Source: Candidatus Faecimorpha stercoravium (GTDB lineage Bacteria; Bacillota; Clostridia; Lachnospirales; Bianqueaceae). From it: a stretch of 64,000 nucleotides of DNA. The stretch is from NCBI GenBank assembly GCA_018712555.1, contig DVGT01000062.1, forward strand, positions 20,763 through 84,762, written 5' to 3'. The position numbers and the translations under genes were made by a program. This document shows, in pieces, positions 9,320 through 19,250 of this stretch (its first letter is position 1; each line of letters opens with the position of its first letter). A model generated the notes under the pieces. It did not search any database. It saw only the letters and a list, made by a program, of their open reading frames with translations, and was not told the DNA's origin.

Positions 9320-10990
9320 TTGGCGGAGCGTGGAAGAAAGAGAAAAAAAGTAAAGATCATACCTATTGGCGGACTAGACCGGATTGGTCAGAATATGACA
9401 CTGATTGAGTGTGACGATCAGATTTTGGTGGTAGACTGCGGTGTTGCGTTCCCGGGAAGCGATATGTTAGGAATTGATCTGATCATTCCGAACTTCGATT
9501 ATCTGCGAGAGAATAGAGAAAAGCTTGTGGGCGTAGTATTAACGCACGGCCATGAGGATCATATCGGCGCACTGCCGTATTTTCTGCGGGAATTCCAGGT
9601 CCCGGTGTATGGAACTTCCTTGACACTGGCCCTGGTAGAAAACAAGATGCAGGAGACCAACGTAAAGAAGTACAGTCTGACGGTGGTGAAGCCTGGAGAC
9701 GTGGTGACGCTGGGCTGCTTTAAGACAGAGTTTATCAGGACCAATCATAGTATCGGAGATGCGACAGCCTTGGCGATCAGTACACCAGTGGGCGTGATCG
9801 TGCATACAGGAGACTTCAAAGTAGACTATACTCCGATTCATGGCAGCATGATTGATCTGCCTCGGTTCGCGGAGCTGGGAAAGAAAGAAGTACTGGCATT
9901 GATGAGTGACAGTACGAATGCCGAGCGGCCAGGATATACCATGTCGGAGAGAACGGTCGGAAAGACGCTGTTAGACATCTTCGACCGTTCGGAGGAAAGC
10001 CGAATCATCGTGGCGACATTTGCATCTAATGTGGATCGCGTGCAGCAGATTTTCAATGCGGCCAGAGACCATGGCCGTAAGGTTGTGGTGATGGGCCGCA
10101 GCATGATCAATGTGGTCAATACAGCGATGGAGACAGGGTATCTGGAGGTTCCAGAAGGGATTCTGATTGAGATCGGAGATGTCAATGATTATCCGGATGA
10201 GGAGATTGTCATCATAACGACCGGAAGTCAGGGGGAACCTTTATCGGCCCTGGCGAGAATGGCATCCGGTGAACATCGGAATGTCACGATCAAGGCCGGC
10301 GATAAGGTTATCTTCAGTTCTAAGCCGGTTCCGGGTAATGAGAAGACGGTTACACGCGTCATCAATGAATTGATGAAGAAGGGCGCAGAGGTCGTCTATG
10401 AGAACGCGCATGTATCCGGCCATGCTTCGCAGGAAGAACTGAAGCTGGTATACAGTCTCCTGAAGCCCAAGTATTTTATCCCGGTGCATGGAGAATATAA
10501 GCATCTGCTGGCCCATAAGAACCTGATTCAGGAGATGGGACATCCGGAAGAAGATATTTTCCTGATGAGTGTGGGTGACGTGCTGGAGCTGGATAAGGTA
10601 CAAGGCGAGGTCACAGATCATATGGAGATCGAAGATGTTCTTGTGGATGGACTGGGCGTAGGCGATGTAGGCAATATTGTATTGCGTGACCGAAAGCTTC
10701 TGGCGGAGAATGGTCTTTTGATCATCGTTTTGACCTTGAAGAGAGGAACCGGTCTGATCGAAGCGGGACCGGATATCGTCTCCCGAGGCTTTGTGTATGT
10801 GAGAGAATCCGAGTCATTGATGGAGGGCTGCCGTAAGGTTGTCATGGAAGTATTTGATATGTGTAAGCAGCGCAGCATTAATGACTGGGGTAGTATTAAA
10901 ACAGAAATCAGAGATGCTCTCAGAGAGTATCTGTGGAGAGAAACCAAAAGAAGTCCTATGATTTTGCCGATTATCACTGAGGTTCGGTAA
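9320..10990 (+). CDS. rnj: Ribonuclease J
   Basis: Metallo-beta-lactamase HGHEDHIG, beta-CASP region, 556 aa. TTG start. Confidence 0.9.
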   Translation: MAERGRKRKKVKIIPIGGLDRIGQNMTLIECDDQILVVDCGVAFPGSDMLGIDLIIPNFDYLRENREKLVGVVLTHGHEDHIGALPYFLREFQVPVYGTSLTLALVENKMQETNVKKYSLTVVKPGDVVTLGCFKTEFIRTNHSIGDATALAISTPVGVIVHTGDFKVDYTPIHGSMIDLPRFAELGKKEVLALMSDSTNAERPGYTMSERTVGKTLLDIFDRSEESRIIVATFASNVDRVQQIFNAARDHGRKVVVMGRSMINVVNTAMETGYLEVPEGILIEIGDVNDYPDEEIVIITTGSQGEPLSALARMASGEHRNVTIKAGDKVIFSSKPVPGNEKTVTRVINELMKKGAEVVYENAHVSGHASQEELKLVYSLLKPKYFIPVHGEYKHLLAHKNLIQEMGHPEEDIFLMSVGDVLELDKVQGEVTDHMEIEDVLVDGLGVGDVGNIVLRDRKLLAENGLLIIVLTLKRGTGLIEAGPDIVSRGFVYVRESESLMEGCRKVVMEVFDMCKQRSINDWGSIKTEIRDALREYLWRETKRSPMILPIITEVR

Positions 10991-11015
10991 ACACGTTTGA
11001 GAAGGATGGGAAATC

Positions 11016-12119
11016 ATGATAGAAAGGTTTAACCGATTCTTGGCCTGGTTGGCGAGGAATATCAAGAAGACGATTGGCTTTTTAGGTCTGATTGCATTGA
11101 TGGCACTGGTGTTTACGACGGCGTTCAGCCAGGGGTACCATTTTATGAGAGAGGACTCCTATGCGGCGCAGGATGATAATGCCGGAACGGTAGCAGTAGA
11201 GATTCCGCAGGATGCTACGACGAATGAGATCACAGATCTTCTGCAGCAAAGAGGGCTGATAGAAGATACGTGGGAATTTCTGATTAAGGCGCGGCTGATG
11301 GGTGCGACGGATGATTTTAAGTCCGGTATTTATTATATCCTGGAAGGATCCAGTGTGGAAACCATTATTGAAATCCTGCGTGCAGGAGATCAGTCGGATG
11401 TAGTACCAATTCATATTGCGGCAGGCGCGACGATTGATGAGATTGCGACGCTGTTGGAAGAGAGCGGTATCTGCTCCGCAACAGATTTTCAGCGGGCAGC
11501 GAATCTGACGACGTATGATATCAGTCTGATTAAGAATATCGAAGTGCCGGAAGGCCGTCGTTATATCTTGGAAGGATATGTGCTGCCGGGAACGTATCAG
11601 ATTATACGGGATTCCAGTGCGACAAATGTCATGGAGGTGTTCTTGGAACGCTTTGTATCAGAGTATACAGCCTCTCTGAGTCAGATGGCGGATCAAAGCG
11701 GTTATACACTGGATCAGATTCTGACATTGGCGTCGATTGTCCAATCGGAATGTGCGGTGTCATCGGATTACAGTACCTTTGCTTCTATGCTGCTCAATCG
11801 CATTCGGAGCGGAAAAGAATCTCTCTCCTATTGGTCCATGCCTTCCACAGTGCTGTATGCGCAGCATCGTATGGAAGAGGAGCTGACGTCGGTTTCAGAA
11901 GCAGACCAGCAATACGATTCGCCGTATAACACCTATCTCTATCAGGGATTCCCGCCGGGACCGATCTGTAATCCGTCCATTGACGCGATCAGAGCGGTGC
12001 TGTATCCAGAGGATACAGAGTATTTGTATTATGAGATCGATTTGAATGCTCCGAATGGACCGCGGCATTTCTCGGTCACGGAAGAGGAACACAACGCATA
12101 TTTGGAGTCGCAGAGGTAA
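11016..12119 (+). CDS. mltG: Endolytic murein transglycosylase MltG (YceG-like)
   Basis: N-terminal TM helix. YceG-type region LEGYVLPGTYQI ... SPYNTYLYQGFPPGPICNP. Confidence 0.85.
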   Translation: MIERFNRFLAWLARNIKKTIGFLGLIALMALVFTTAFSQGYHFMREDSYAAQDDNAGTVAVEIPQDATTNEITDLLQQRGLIEDTWEFLIKARLMGATDDFKSGIYYILEGSSVETIIEILRAGDQSDVVPIHIAAGATIDEIATLLEESGICSATDFQRAANLTTYDISLIKNIEVPEGRRYILEGYVLPGTYQIIRDSSATNVMEVFLERFVSEYTASLSQMADQSGYTLDQILTLASIVQSECAVSSDYSTFASMLLNRIRSGKESLSYWSMPSTVLYAQHRMEEELTSVSEADQQYDSPYNTYLYQGFPPGPICNPSIDAIRAVLYPEDTEYLYYEIDLNAPNGPRHFSVTEEEHNAYLESQR

Positions 12120-12123
12120 TCGC

Positions 12124-12807
12124 ATGATCGATTCAAAAGATCTCCCCAGGTATGTGGGAGAGGAGTATATTTTGCAGTTTATTCGCTGGATGACTCCCTA
12201 TCGAGAGGACGTTTCCACCCCGGTATTGGAACATTGCCGGGGGGATAACGTCCCCATTCTTTCTGAGGAGACAAAATCCTTGCTGGCCGTCTTATTGCAG
12301 ATGAAGATGCCGACGCGGATTCTGGAGATTGGGACGGCTTATGGTTTTTCAGCGATTTTCATGAGTCAGTTTTTAATGGAGGGCGGTCTTATTCATACGA
12401 TTGAGAGAAATCCCGTGATGATTGAACAGGCCCGAAGACATATAGAGGCGGCAGGGCTGGCTGGAACGATCACATTGTATGAGGGACATGCACAGGAGAT
12501 TCTAAAATCTCTGACAGGACCATATGATATGGTGCTGATGGATGCTTCGATGGGGCAGTATGGGATCTTTTGGGAAGAAATTCAGACATTCTTGTCTCCA
12601 GGAGCCTGGGTAATGGCCGATAATGTGCTGCATGGCGGAATGGTTGCCAAGCCGCGTCTGGAGGTGCCGAGAAGACAGCGTACGATTCATAGTCGGCTGA
12701 GAAGTTTTCTGGAGACGGTGCTGCAGGATGAGAGATATCAGACCAGCCTGCTGCCCATTGGAGATGGGGTTTTGCTGGCAGTGCGTAAAGGAGAGACGAA
12801 GAAATGA
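12124..12807 (+). CDS. Class I SAM-dependent O-methyltransferase (YrrM-like)
   Basis: SAM motif ILEIGTAYGFS. ATG at 12124, just after the mltG stop. Sits upstream of a U32 gene, as in Bacillus yrrM-yrrN-yrrO. Confidence 0.75.
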   Translation: MIDSKDLPRYVGEEYILQFIRWMTPYREDVSTPVLEHCRGDNVPILSEETKSLLAVLLQMKMPTRILEIGTAYGFSAIFMSQFLMEGGLIHTIERNPVMIEQARRHIEAAGLAGTITLYEGHAQEILKSLTGPYDMVLMDASMGQYGIFWEEIQTFLSPGAWVMADNVLHGGMVAKPRLEVPRRQRTIHSRLRSFLETVLQDERYQTSLLPIGDGVLLAVRKGETKK

Positions 12808-14027
12808 GAAAACCGGAATTGCTGGCTCCTGCAGGAGGACCTGAGGCGCTCAGAACGGCCGTTTTATATGGAGCGGATGCGGTCTATCTGGGAGGAAGCC
12901 GTTATGGACTTCGTGCGAAGGCGCGCAATTTTGATAGAGAACAGATGAGAGAGAATATTGCCTATGCCCATAAACACGGTGTCAGAGTGCATGTGGCAGT
13001 GAATATTCTGGCTCATAATGAACATTTGGAAGGATTAGAAGCGTATCTGAAAGAACTGGAAGAAGATGGAGCCGATGCATTGATTGTGGCCGACGCAGGC
13101 ATCTTTCAGATTGCTAGGGAGACAGTGCCGCAGATGGAACTTCATCTCAGTACGCAGGCCTCTGCTACTAATTATCGCACATTTCAGTTTTGGCATGAGC
13201 AGGGGGCCAAGCGGATTGTGGCAGCCCGGGAATTATCGCTTGCTGAACTCAGGCAGATCCGGGAACGATGCGATGAAAAACTGGAGCTGGAAGTATTTGT
13301 GCATGGTGCCATGTGTATCTCGATTTCCGGACGGTGCCTGCTCAGCAACTATATGGCCGCACGGGACGCCAATCTGGGCGCCTGTGTACATCCCTGCCGA
13401 TGGAAATACCGCCTAGTGGAAGAGACACGTCCGGGAGAGTATTATCCGATAGGAGAAGAGGATGAGGGAACGTATATCATGAACTCCAAGGATTTGTGCA
13501 TGATCGAATACATTCCGGAACTCATTCAGGCGGGAATTACCAGTTTTAAGATAGAAGGACGAATGAAAACACCGCTGTATGTGGCGATGGTGACAAAGGC
13601 GTATCGAGAAGCAATCGATGATTATATGGAGAATCCGGCTCTTTTTGAGAAAAAGAAGCCATATTATCTGCACCTCTTATCGCAGGTCAGTCATCGAGGA
13701 TACAACACAGGGTTTTTCTTTGGACATCCCGATGAAAATAGTCAGGTGTATCCCTCCTCTGAATACATCAAGAAGGTCAATTTTGTCGCGAAGGTATTGA
13801 AGCGGCAGGGAGAGGAACTCTGGATAGAACAGCGCAATAAGTTTTCTGTGGGAGACACATTATACTTTCTGACGCCCGTCGGAGCTCCCCTAGCTTATCA
13901 GGTGCAAGGGATTCGGACGGAAGAGGGGATATTGCGGGAAAGCGCGAATCATGCGCAGGAGATTCTGCGTATTGCGGCGCCGGAACGAGAGATTCCAGAA
14001 GGTTGTATTCTCATGAAGCCCCTATAA
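12804..14027 (+). CDS. U32 family peptidase-like protein (YrrN/YrrO/TrhP-like)
   Basis: U32 signature EVFVHGAMCISISGRCLLS. ATGA overlap with the upstream methyltransferase. Confidence 0.85.
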   Translation: MRKPELLAPAGGPEALRTAVLYGADAVYLGGSRYGLRAKARNFDREQMRENIAYAHKHGVRVHVAVNILAHNEHLEGLEAYLKELEEDGADALIVADAGIFQIARETVPQMELHLSTQASATNYRTFQFWHEQGAKRIVAARELSLAELRQIRERCDEKLELEVFVHGAMCISISGRCLLSNYMAARDANLGACVHPCRWKYRLVEETRPGEYYPIGEEDEGTYIMNSKDLCMIEYIPELIQAGITSFKIEGRMKTPLYVAMVTKAYREAIDDYMENPALFEKKKPYYLHLLSQVSHRGYNTGFFFGHPDENSQVYPSSEYIKKVNFVAKVLKRQGEELWIEQRNKFSVGDTLYFLTPVGAPLAYQVQGIRTEEGILRESANHAQEILRIAAPEREIPEGCILMKPL

Positions 14028-14114
14028 GGACTTGCTGAAAAACAGAAGGAAAAGCACTTTTTTGATGAAGAATGCATATACATGGCATCAGGTTCATCGA
14101 AGGAGTGCTTTTTT

Positions 14115-14807
14115 ATGTGGATTCTTTTAGCCCTGCAATTTTTATTTCTGATCGGATACGTAGCAGGCAGCGTAGCGTTTCCCAAGCCTCTGAGTCCAGA
14201 AGAAGAGGAGGAATGCTTGCGGAGGATGCGTCAAGGAGACCAGGAGGCGAGAGAGGAATTGATCGAACGAAACATGCGTCTGGTCGCACATATTGTTAGA
14301 AAGTATTCCAGCCAAGGAAAATGCGGAAGCTGGGAAGCGGATGACCTGATTTCCGTAGGATCCATCGGCTTGATCAAAGGCATATCTACCTATCGGGAGG
14401 ACAAATGCACAAGACTGTCAACCTATCTGGCGCGTTGTATTGAGAATGAGATCTTGATGCTGCTACGGAGTGATAAAAAGACAAAAAACGAGGTTTCTCT
14501 TCAGGATCCGATCGGACAGGATGGAGAGGGGAATACGCTGACATTGATGGATGTGCTGACTTATGAGGAAGAGGACGTGCTGGATCGTTTGGATCAACGC
14601 ATGAAATATGGGCGGGTTCTTGCGTGCATGAAAAAAGTCTTGGATGAACGGGAGGCTAAGGTGATTGTCATGCGGTACGGGCTTGAGGATGGAGAAGAAC
14701 ATACACAGAAAGAAACGGCGCAGGTGTTGGGAGTGAGTCGATCCTATGTGAGCCGCATCGAGAAAAAGGCTTTGGATAAATTGAAAAAAGAATTGTCCAT
14801 ATCCTGA
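14115..14807 (+). CDS. sigK: Sporulation sigma factor SigK (with short pro-sequence)
   Basis: FPKPLSPEEE...LIERNMRLVAHIVRKY, SLQDPIGQDGEGN and RSYVSRIEKKAL match B. subtilis SigK rather than SigE (from memory). RBS AAGGAG lies 9 nt before the ATG at 14115. Confidence 0.85.
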   Translation: MWILLALQFLFLIGYVAGSVAFPKPLSPEEEEECLRRMRQGDQEAREELIERNMRLVAHIVRKYSSQGKCGSWEADDLISVGSIGLIKGISTYREDKCTRLSTYLARCIENEILMLLRSDKKTKNEVSLQDPIGQDGEGNTLTLMDVLTYEEEDVLDRLDQRMKYGRVLACMKKVLDEREAKVIVMRYGLEDGEEHTQKETAQVLGVSRSYVSRIEKKALDKLKKELSIS

Positions 14808-14898
14808 CTCGATCATAAACATATTTTTGAAAAGGTAAGAAGAGAACGACAAACAAAAAAATATATGAACAAAACGAAAAGAAAATTTGAAATTGCTA

Positions 14899-14927
14899 TT
14901 GACGAAAATTGACAAGTGGGGTATAAT
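14899..14927 (+). promoter_or_regulatory. Sigma-A type promoter of the ABC transporter operon
   Basis: TTGACG (14899-14904), 17-nt spacer, TATAAT (14922-14927). Confidence 0.6.
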
Positions 14928-14997
14928 TTGCTCAGACACATCCCCAAGGGGAGCAAGCGATTTTTACATCACATGATAGGTTAGGAGGTCACATGAA

Positions 14998-15948
14998 ATG
15001 GCGAGAGACAAATCAAAGAAGCCCAGGCAGACGACTCTGGTACAGAGCGTTCAGAGAGAGATTTATAAAAACTGGAGTCTGTATCTTCTCGTGGCAGTAC
15101 CGGTTATATACTTGATTATTTTTAAGTATATTCCCATGTATGGTGTACAGATTGCCTTTCGGCGTTATCAGCCGGTTTATGGCATTGAAGGCAGCCCATG
15201 GGTGGGGCTGGATTATTTCGAACAATTCATGACAAACTATAAGTTCTGGGATATCATTCGAAACACTTTGAGCATTAGCATCTACTCTTTACTGACGTTT
15301 CCTTTATCCATTATCCTGGCGGTTTTATTGAATTATATCCCGTTTCGAAAATTCCAGAAGACGGTGCAGCTTGTGAGTTATGCCCCTCATTTTATCTCCA
15401 CGGTTGTCATGGTATCCATGATTCTGCAATTCCTCGATACACGTACCGGCCTGGTCAACGCATTGATTACGGCACTGGGAGGAGAGGCCATTAACTTCAT
15501 GGGACGGAAAGATCTCTTTTATCATATTTATGTATGGAGCGGAGTCTGGCAGGGCGTCGGCTATGCGTCCATCATTTATATCGCGGCATTGGCAGGCGTC
15601 TCTCCCGAACTTCATGAGGCGGCCATCATGGACGGAGCTACTATCATGAAACGTGTATGGCACATTGATTTGCCAAGCATTTTGCCAACGGTCATGATCA
15701 TGTTTATCATGCAGTGCGGCACGGTGATGAGCGTCGGCTATGAAAAGGTCTATCTGATGCAGAATAGTATGAATCTGGAGGTTTCTGAAGTCATAGATAC
15801 TTACGTGTACAAACAGGGACTGACTTCTACGATGCCGAAATATTCATACTCAACGGCAGTGGGTCTTTTTGTCTCTATCATTAACGTCATTCTTCTGGTG
15901 ACAGTGAATACGATTGCCAAGAAGGCAAGCGGCAGTTCTCTGTGGTAA
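14998..15948 (+). CDS. Sugar ABC transporter permease (LplB-like)
   Basis: Multi-TM protein with EAA loop EAAIMDGATIMKRVWHIDLPSI. LplB-type N-terminus FKYIPMYGVQIAFRRY. Confidence 0.85.
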   Translation: MARDKSKKPRQTTLVQSVQREIYKNWSLYLLVAVPVIYLIIFKYIPMYGVQIAFRRYQPVYGIEGSPWVGLDYFEQFMTNYKFWDIIRNTLSISIYSLLTFPLSIILAVLLNYIPFRKFQKTVQLVSYAPHFISTVVMVSMILQFLDTRTGLVNALITALGGEAINFMGRKDLFYHIYVWSGVWQGVGYASIIYIAALAGVSPELHEAAIMDGATIMKRVWHIDLPSILPTVMIMFIMQCGTVMSVGYEKVYLMQNSMNLEVSEVIDTYVYKQGLTSTMPKYSYSTAVGLFVSIINVILLVTVNTIAKKASGSSLW

Positions 15949-15957
15949 GGAGGGATT

Positions 15958-16860
15958 ATGATGGCAAGAACAAGAAAGTCAATTCGCTATACCCTGGGAG
16001 ATCGGATTTTCTTAACGGTCGATTTTATCATTCTGGTGCTGTTGCTGATTGCCATTGCGTACCCATTGATCTATATTTTCTTTGCGTCGTTCAATGCACA
16101 AGTGACTAAGATGGGACTGTCTCTATTTCCAGAAGAGTGGACAGTTCAGGGCTATAAAGCCGTGTTTGAATATAAGTTCATATGGAGTGGATATCGGAAT
16201 ACGCTGATCTATACGGCAGTAGGGACCGTTATCAATCTGTTTGTGACAATCTGCTGTGCGTATCCCTTGTCTCGGAAAGACTTCAAGGGCCGGGGGATCA
16301 TCATGGTCATGTGCATGATTACCATGTATTTCAGCGGAGGACTGATTCCTACGTATTTGGTTGTCAAGGATTTGGGAATACTCAATTCTATGTGGGCTAT
16401 TGTTTTGCCGGGGGCCATGTCAGTATATAACATGATTGTGATGCGGACATATTTTGATACCCAGATTCCACAGGAATTGCTGGAATCGGCGCAGCTGGAC
16501 GGATGTGGCAATCTGAATTTCCTCAAGAGCATTGTGCTTCCGCTGTCAGTCCCGATTCTGGCTGTCGTCGGACTATTTTACGCGGTGGGACACTGGAATT
16601 CGTATTTTAACGCGATGATCTATTTGACAGAGCGGGATCGATATCCATTACAGGTGATTTTGAGAGACATACTGATTATGAATACGGTGGATCCCTCGGA
16701 GTCATCCATGGATCTAAATCTCCTGCAAAGCATGGAAGAAAGACAAAATGTCATGAAATATTCATTGATCATCGTGTCTTCTGTGCCGGTTCTGATTCTG
16801 TATCCATTTATTCAGAAGTATTTCGTAAAGGGAATCATGATCGGAGCGATCAAGGGCTGA
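15958..16860 (+). CDS. Sugar ABC transporter permease (LplC-like)
   Basis: EAA loop ESAQLDGCGNLNFLKSIVLPLS. The start may be the second ATG at 15961, which has better spacing to GGAGGG. Confidence 0.85.
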   Translation: MMARTRKSIRYTLGDRIFLTVDFIILVLLLIAIAYPLIYIFFASFNAQVTKMGLSLFPEEWTVQGYKAVFEYKFIWSGYRNTLIYTAVGTVINLFVTICCAYPLSRKDFKGRGIIMVMCMITMYFSGGLIPTYLVVKDLGILNSMWAIVLPGAMSVYNMIVMRTYFDTQIPQELLESAQLDGCGNLNFLKSIVLPLSVPILAVVGLFYAVGHWNSYFNAMIYLTERDRYPLQVILRDILIMNTVDPSESSMDLNLLQSMEERQNVMKYSLIIVSSVPVLILYPFIQKYFVKGIMIGAIKG

Positions 16861-16908
16861 TACCGGGTTTCCGGTTTAGCAAATACATATTATATAGGAG
16901 GGAACGAA

Positions 16909-18639
16909 ATGAAAAAGTCTGTAGCATTTTTGCTGAGTTTGATCCTTGTGATCACGTCTCTTTTAGGCTGCGGCGGCAGCAATGATTCAAGCGTGACAGA
17001 GACGTCGCAGGCGGAAGCGTCACAGGCAGAAGCATCGCAGGCGGAGTCTGAGGAGTCCGCACAGACGCAGGCGGATGATGAGACGGTTACAAAACTCTAT
17101 GAGTGGCCGTTAGCAGAGGATGGAGCAGAACTAACCATCTTCACGAAGCTTTTGACATCCATCGAAGACTTTGATACCAACAAGACGACATTGTGGTATG
17201 AGGAGCAGACGGGTGTTCATATCAACTGGATCCAGGCTCCGGAGGCGGAGTTTACGACCCAGTTGAACCTGAATATTACCGGTGGAGAATGGCCTGATAT
17301 TTACGCAGCCAATCTGTCGACTACCGAACTGATGTCCATGCGGAATGGCGGCGTCATCATACCGTTGAACGATCTGATCGATACCTATGCGTATTACGCG
17401 CATCAGATCCTGGAAGAACATCCGGAGTACAGGGATTATCTGACCGCGCCGGATGGGAATATGTATTCTCTATGGTATAATGATACAGGCAAACATATGT
17501 ATTATACCCGTAAGATGTTCGTGAAGCAGAGCTGGCTGGATCAGCTGGGTATAGAAGCGCCTACCACCACGCAGGAGTTCGAAGATATGCTGATCGCATT
17601 CCGGGATAACGATATGAACGGTAATGGCGATACGACGGATGAGGTTCCGTTCATGTCCTCTTTTAAGGCCTGGGGTGGTTCTCCGTTCTGCTATTTCATC
17701 TGTCCGTTCCAGATGACTTCGGGAGATGGGATTTACGCAGATGAAGACGGCACATGGCATCTGGCAGCAGCAGAGGATGGATATAAGGAAGCTTTGACCT
17801 GGATGAATCACCTGTTTGAGGAAGGGCTGATCGCAGAGGAAACCTTCACACAGGACAAGAATCAGTTTAAGGCGATTATCAACGCCAGCTCCGAGGAAGA
17901 GGCCATCGTTGGATGCTTCACGGCAGCATATCAGGGCGAAGTCATCAATAATGGCTCCTATACGCAGCAGGCGGATTATGTTCCAGTAGAACCTTTGGAA
18001 GGACCCAGTGGACAGAAGATCGCGCCCAGCAGCGGCTATGGAGATTTCAAGGCGCGCTGCGCTATCACATCAGTCTGCGAGAATCCGAAGATTGCGATCC
18101 AGTGGCTGGATTTCTGGCTGAGTCAAGATGGCCGTCTGTATCAGGAATACGGTGTGGAAGAGGGTGTGGATTACCAGATTGTGGATAAACCTTCCATCTA
18201 TGGTTCTCCGACTTCCTACGAGAGACTATTTGAACTGTCGCAGTCTACACTGCAGAATATCGTCTGGTATAACCATACGGTGCCGCGTCACGACTGGGAA
18301 GAGATTCGATATGGCAACGCGCTGGAGGATGGATCCCAGGAGACTCTGCTCTATGAGGCAGCTCTGCTTTACGAGGATTATTATGTTCCTACGGGACTTA
18401 AGGCCCTGTTCTGGATCGAGGATGAGGTAGAGGCTGAGGAGTATGATACGCTGAAGACGGATATCAACGACTATATCGAGACACAATCTACCGCGTTCAC
18501 GACCGGAGAACGCAGCCTGGATGAGTTTGACATGTTTGTGCAAGAGCTCAAAGACATCGGGATGGATCGGTATCTGGAACTGGCAGGCAAGTTCTATGGG
18601 AATTCCGGTGTAGATTATGATGGTACGATTGCAGGATAA
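16909..18639 (+). CDS. Extracellular solute-binding lipoprotein (LplA-like, large family-1 SBP)
   Basis: Signal peptide with lipobox LLGC. 576 aa, Ser/Glu/Ala-rich linker. Operon position is after the two permeases. Confidence 0.85.
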   Translation: MKKSVAFLLSLILVITSLLGCGGSNDSSVTETSQAEASQAEASQAESEESAQTQADDETVTKLYEWPLAEDGAELTIFTKLLTSIEDFDTNKTTLWYEEQTGVHINWIQAPEAEFTTQLNLNITGGEWPDIYAANLSTTELMSMRNGGVIIPLNDLIDTYAYYAHQILEEHPEYRDYLTAPDGNMYSLWYNDTGKHMYYTRKMFVKQSWLDQLGIEAPTTTQEFEDMLIAFRDNDMNGNGDTTDEVPFMSSFKAWGGSPFCYFICPFQMTSGDGIYADEDGTWHLAAAEDGYKEALTWMNHLFEEGLIAEETFTQDKNQFKAIINASSEEEAIVGCFTAAYQGEVINNGSYTQQADYVPVEPLEGPSGQKIAPSSGYGDFKARCAITSVCENPKIAIQWLDFWLSQDGRLYQEYGVEEGVDYQIVDKPSIYGSPTSYERLFELSQSTLQNIVWYNHTVPRHDWEEIRYGNALEDGSQETLLYEAALLYEDYYVPTGLKALFWIEDEVEAEEYDTLKTDINDYIETQSTAFTTGERSLDEFDMFVQELKDIGMDRYLELAGKFYGNSGVDYDGTIAG

Positions 18640-18660
18640 AAAGACATAAATGGGGGTTAT

Positions 18661-18700
18661 ACTGCCGCGGCGGCCTAATATTTGGCCCGCGGCAGTTTTC
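18661..18700 (+). terminator. Rho-independent terminator of the ABC operon
   Basis: ACTGCCGCGG (18661-18670) pairs with CCGCGGCAGT (18687-18696), followed by TTTTCTTT. Confidence 0.7.
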
Positions 18701-18787
18701 TTTATGGAAAAAGCGGCAGGCGGCTCTTGATTTCACGGGGGAATGCCGATATAATAAAATAAAAAGAGAATCAGGGAGGGATACGCA

Positions 18788-19165
18788 ATGAAAAGCATAA
18801 AACCAGGCCGAGGACCATCGTTTATGGGAGGAGTCATGAGTATTCTGATTGGCTTATTTGGCGTGGGATGGACTATTGCGGCGGCTTCTAACGGCGGCGG
18901 TATATTTGCACTCTTCGGCATCATTTTCATCGTGGCAGCAATTATGCAGGCAGTGTATCATTTTAAGAACGCCACCAGCAAGAATCGTTATTCTGATTTT
19001 GATATCACAGACAGCGGGGAGGAGACAGATCCGTTCAATGAGAGATTTGGATCGTCACAGAGTCATGCGGGCACGGAGCAGGAACATCGGTTTTGTCCAT
19101 ATTGCGGTACACCGGTGGGAGAGGGATATGAGTTTTGCAGCCGGTGCGGCAAGAAGCTCCCCTGA
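18788..19165 (+). CDS. Membrane protein with C-terminal zinc-ribbon (function unknown)
   Basis: Two predicted TM helices, then CPYCGTPVGEGYEFCSRCG. RBS GGGAGGG. Confidence 0.55.
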   Translation: MKSIKPGRGPSFMGGVMSILIGLFGVGWTIAAASNGGGIFALFGIIFIVAAIMQAVYHFKNATSKNRYSDFDITDSGEETDPFNERFGSSQSHAGTEQEHRFCPYCGTPVGEGYEFCSRCGKKLP

Positions 19166-19250
19166 GATCTAAAGTAGGAGATTGGGCGTGCATATTCGTT
19201 GAAATGGGTGGTTCCTTATAGAGAACCCATAGAAAAAGCGGAGGTGCACA

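Noticed and set aside
13084-13416. 110-aa alternative-frame ORF inside the U32 gene, and similar nested ORFs within other genes (for example 16182-16430, 18128-18430, 24558-24938)
   Set aside because: These are same-strand out-of-frame ORFs inside well-supported genes. No start signals or family similarity are visible.
14082-14114. Longer sigK start at 14082, and the possibility of a skin-type interruption of sigK
   Set aside because: The AAGGAG RBS is positioned for the ATG at 14115. The coding sequence is collinear with full-length SigK through region 4, so no intervening element is present.
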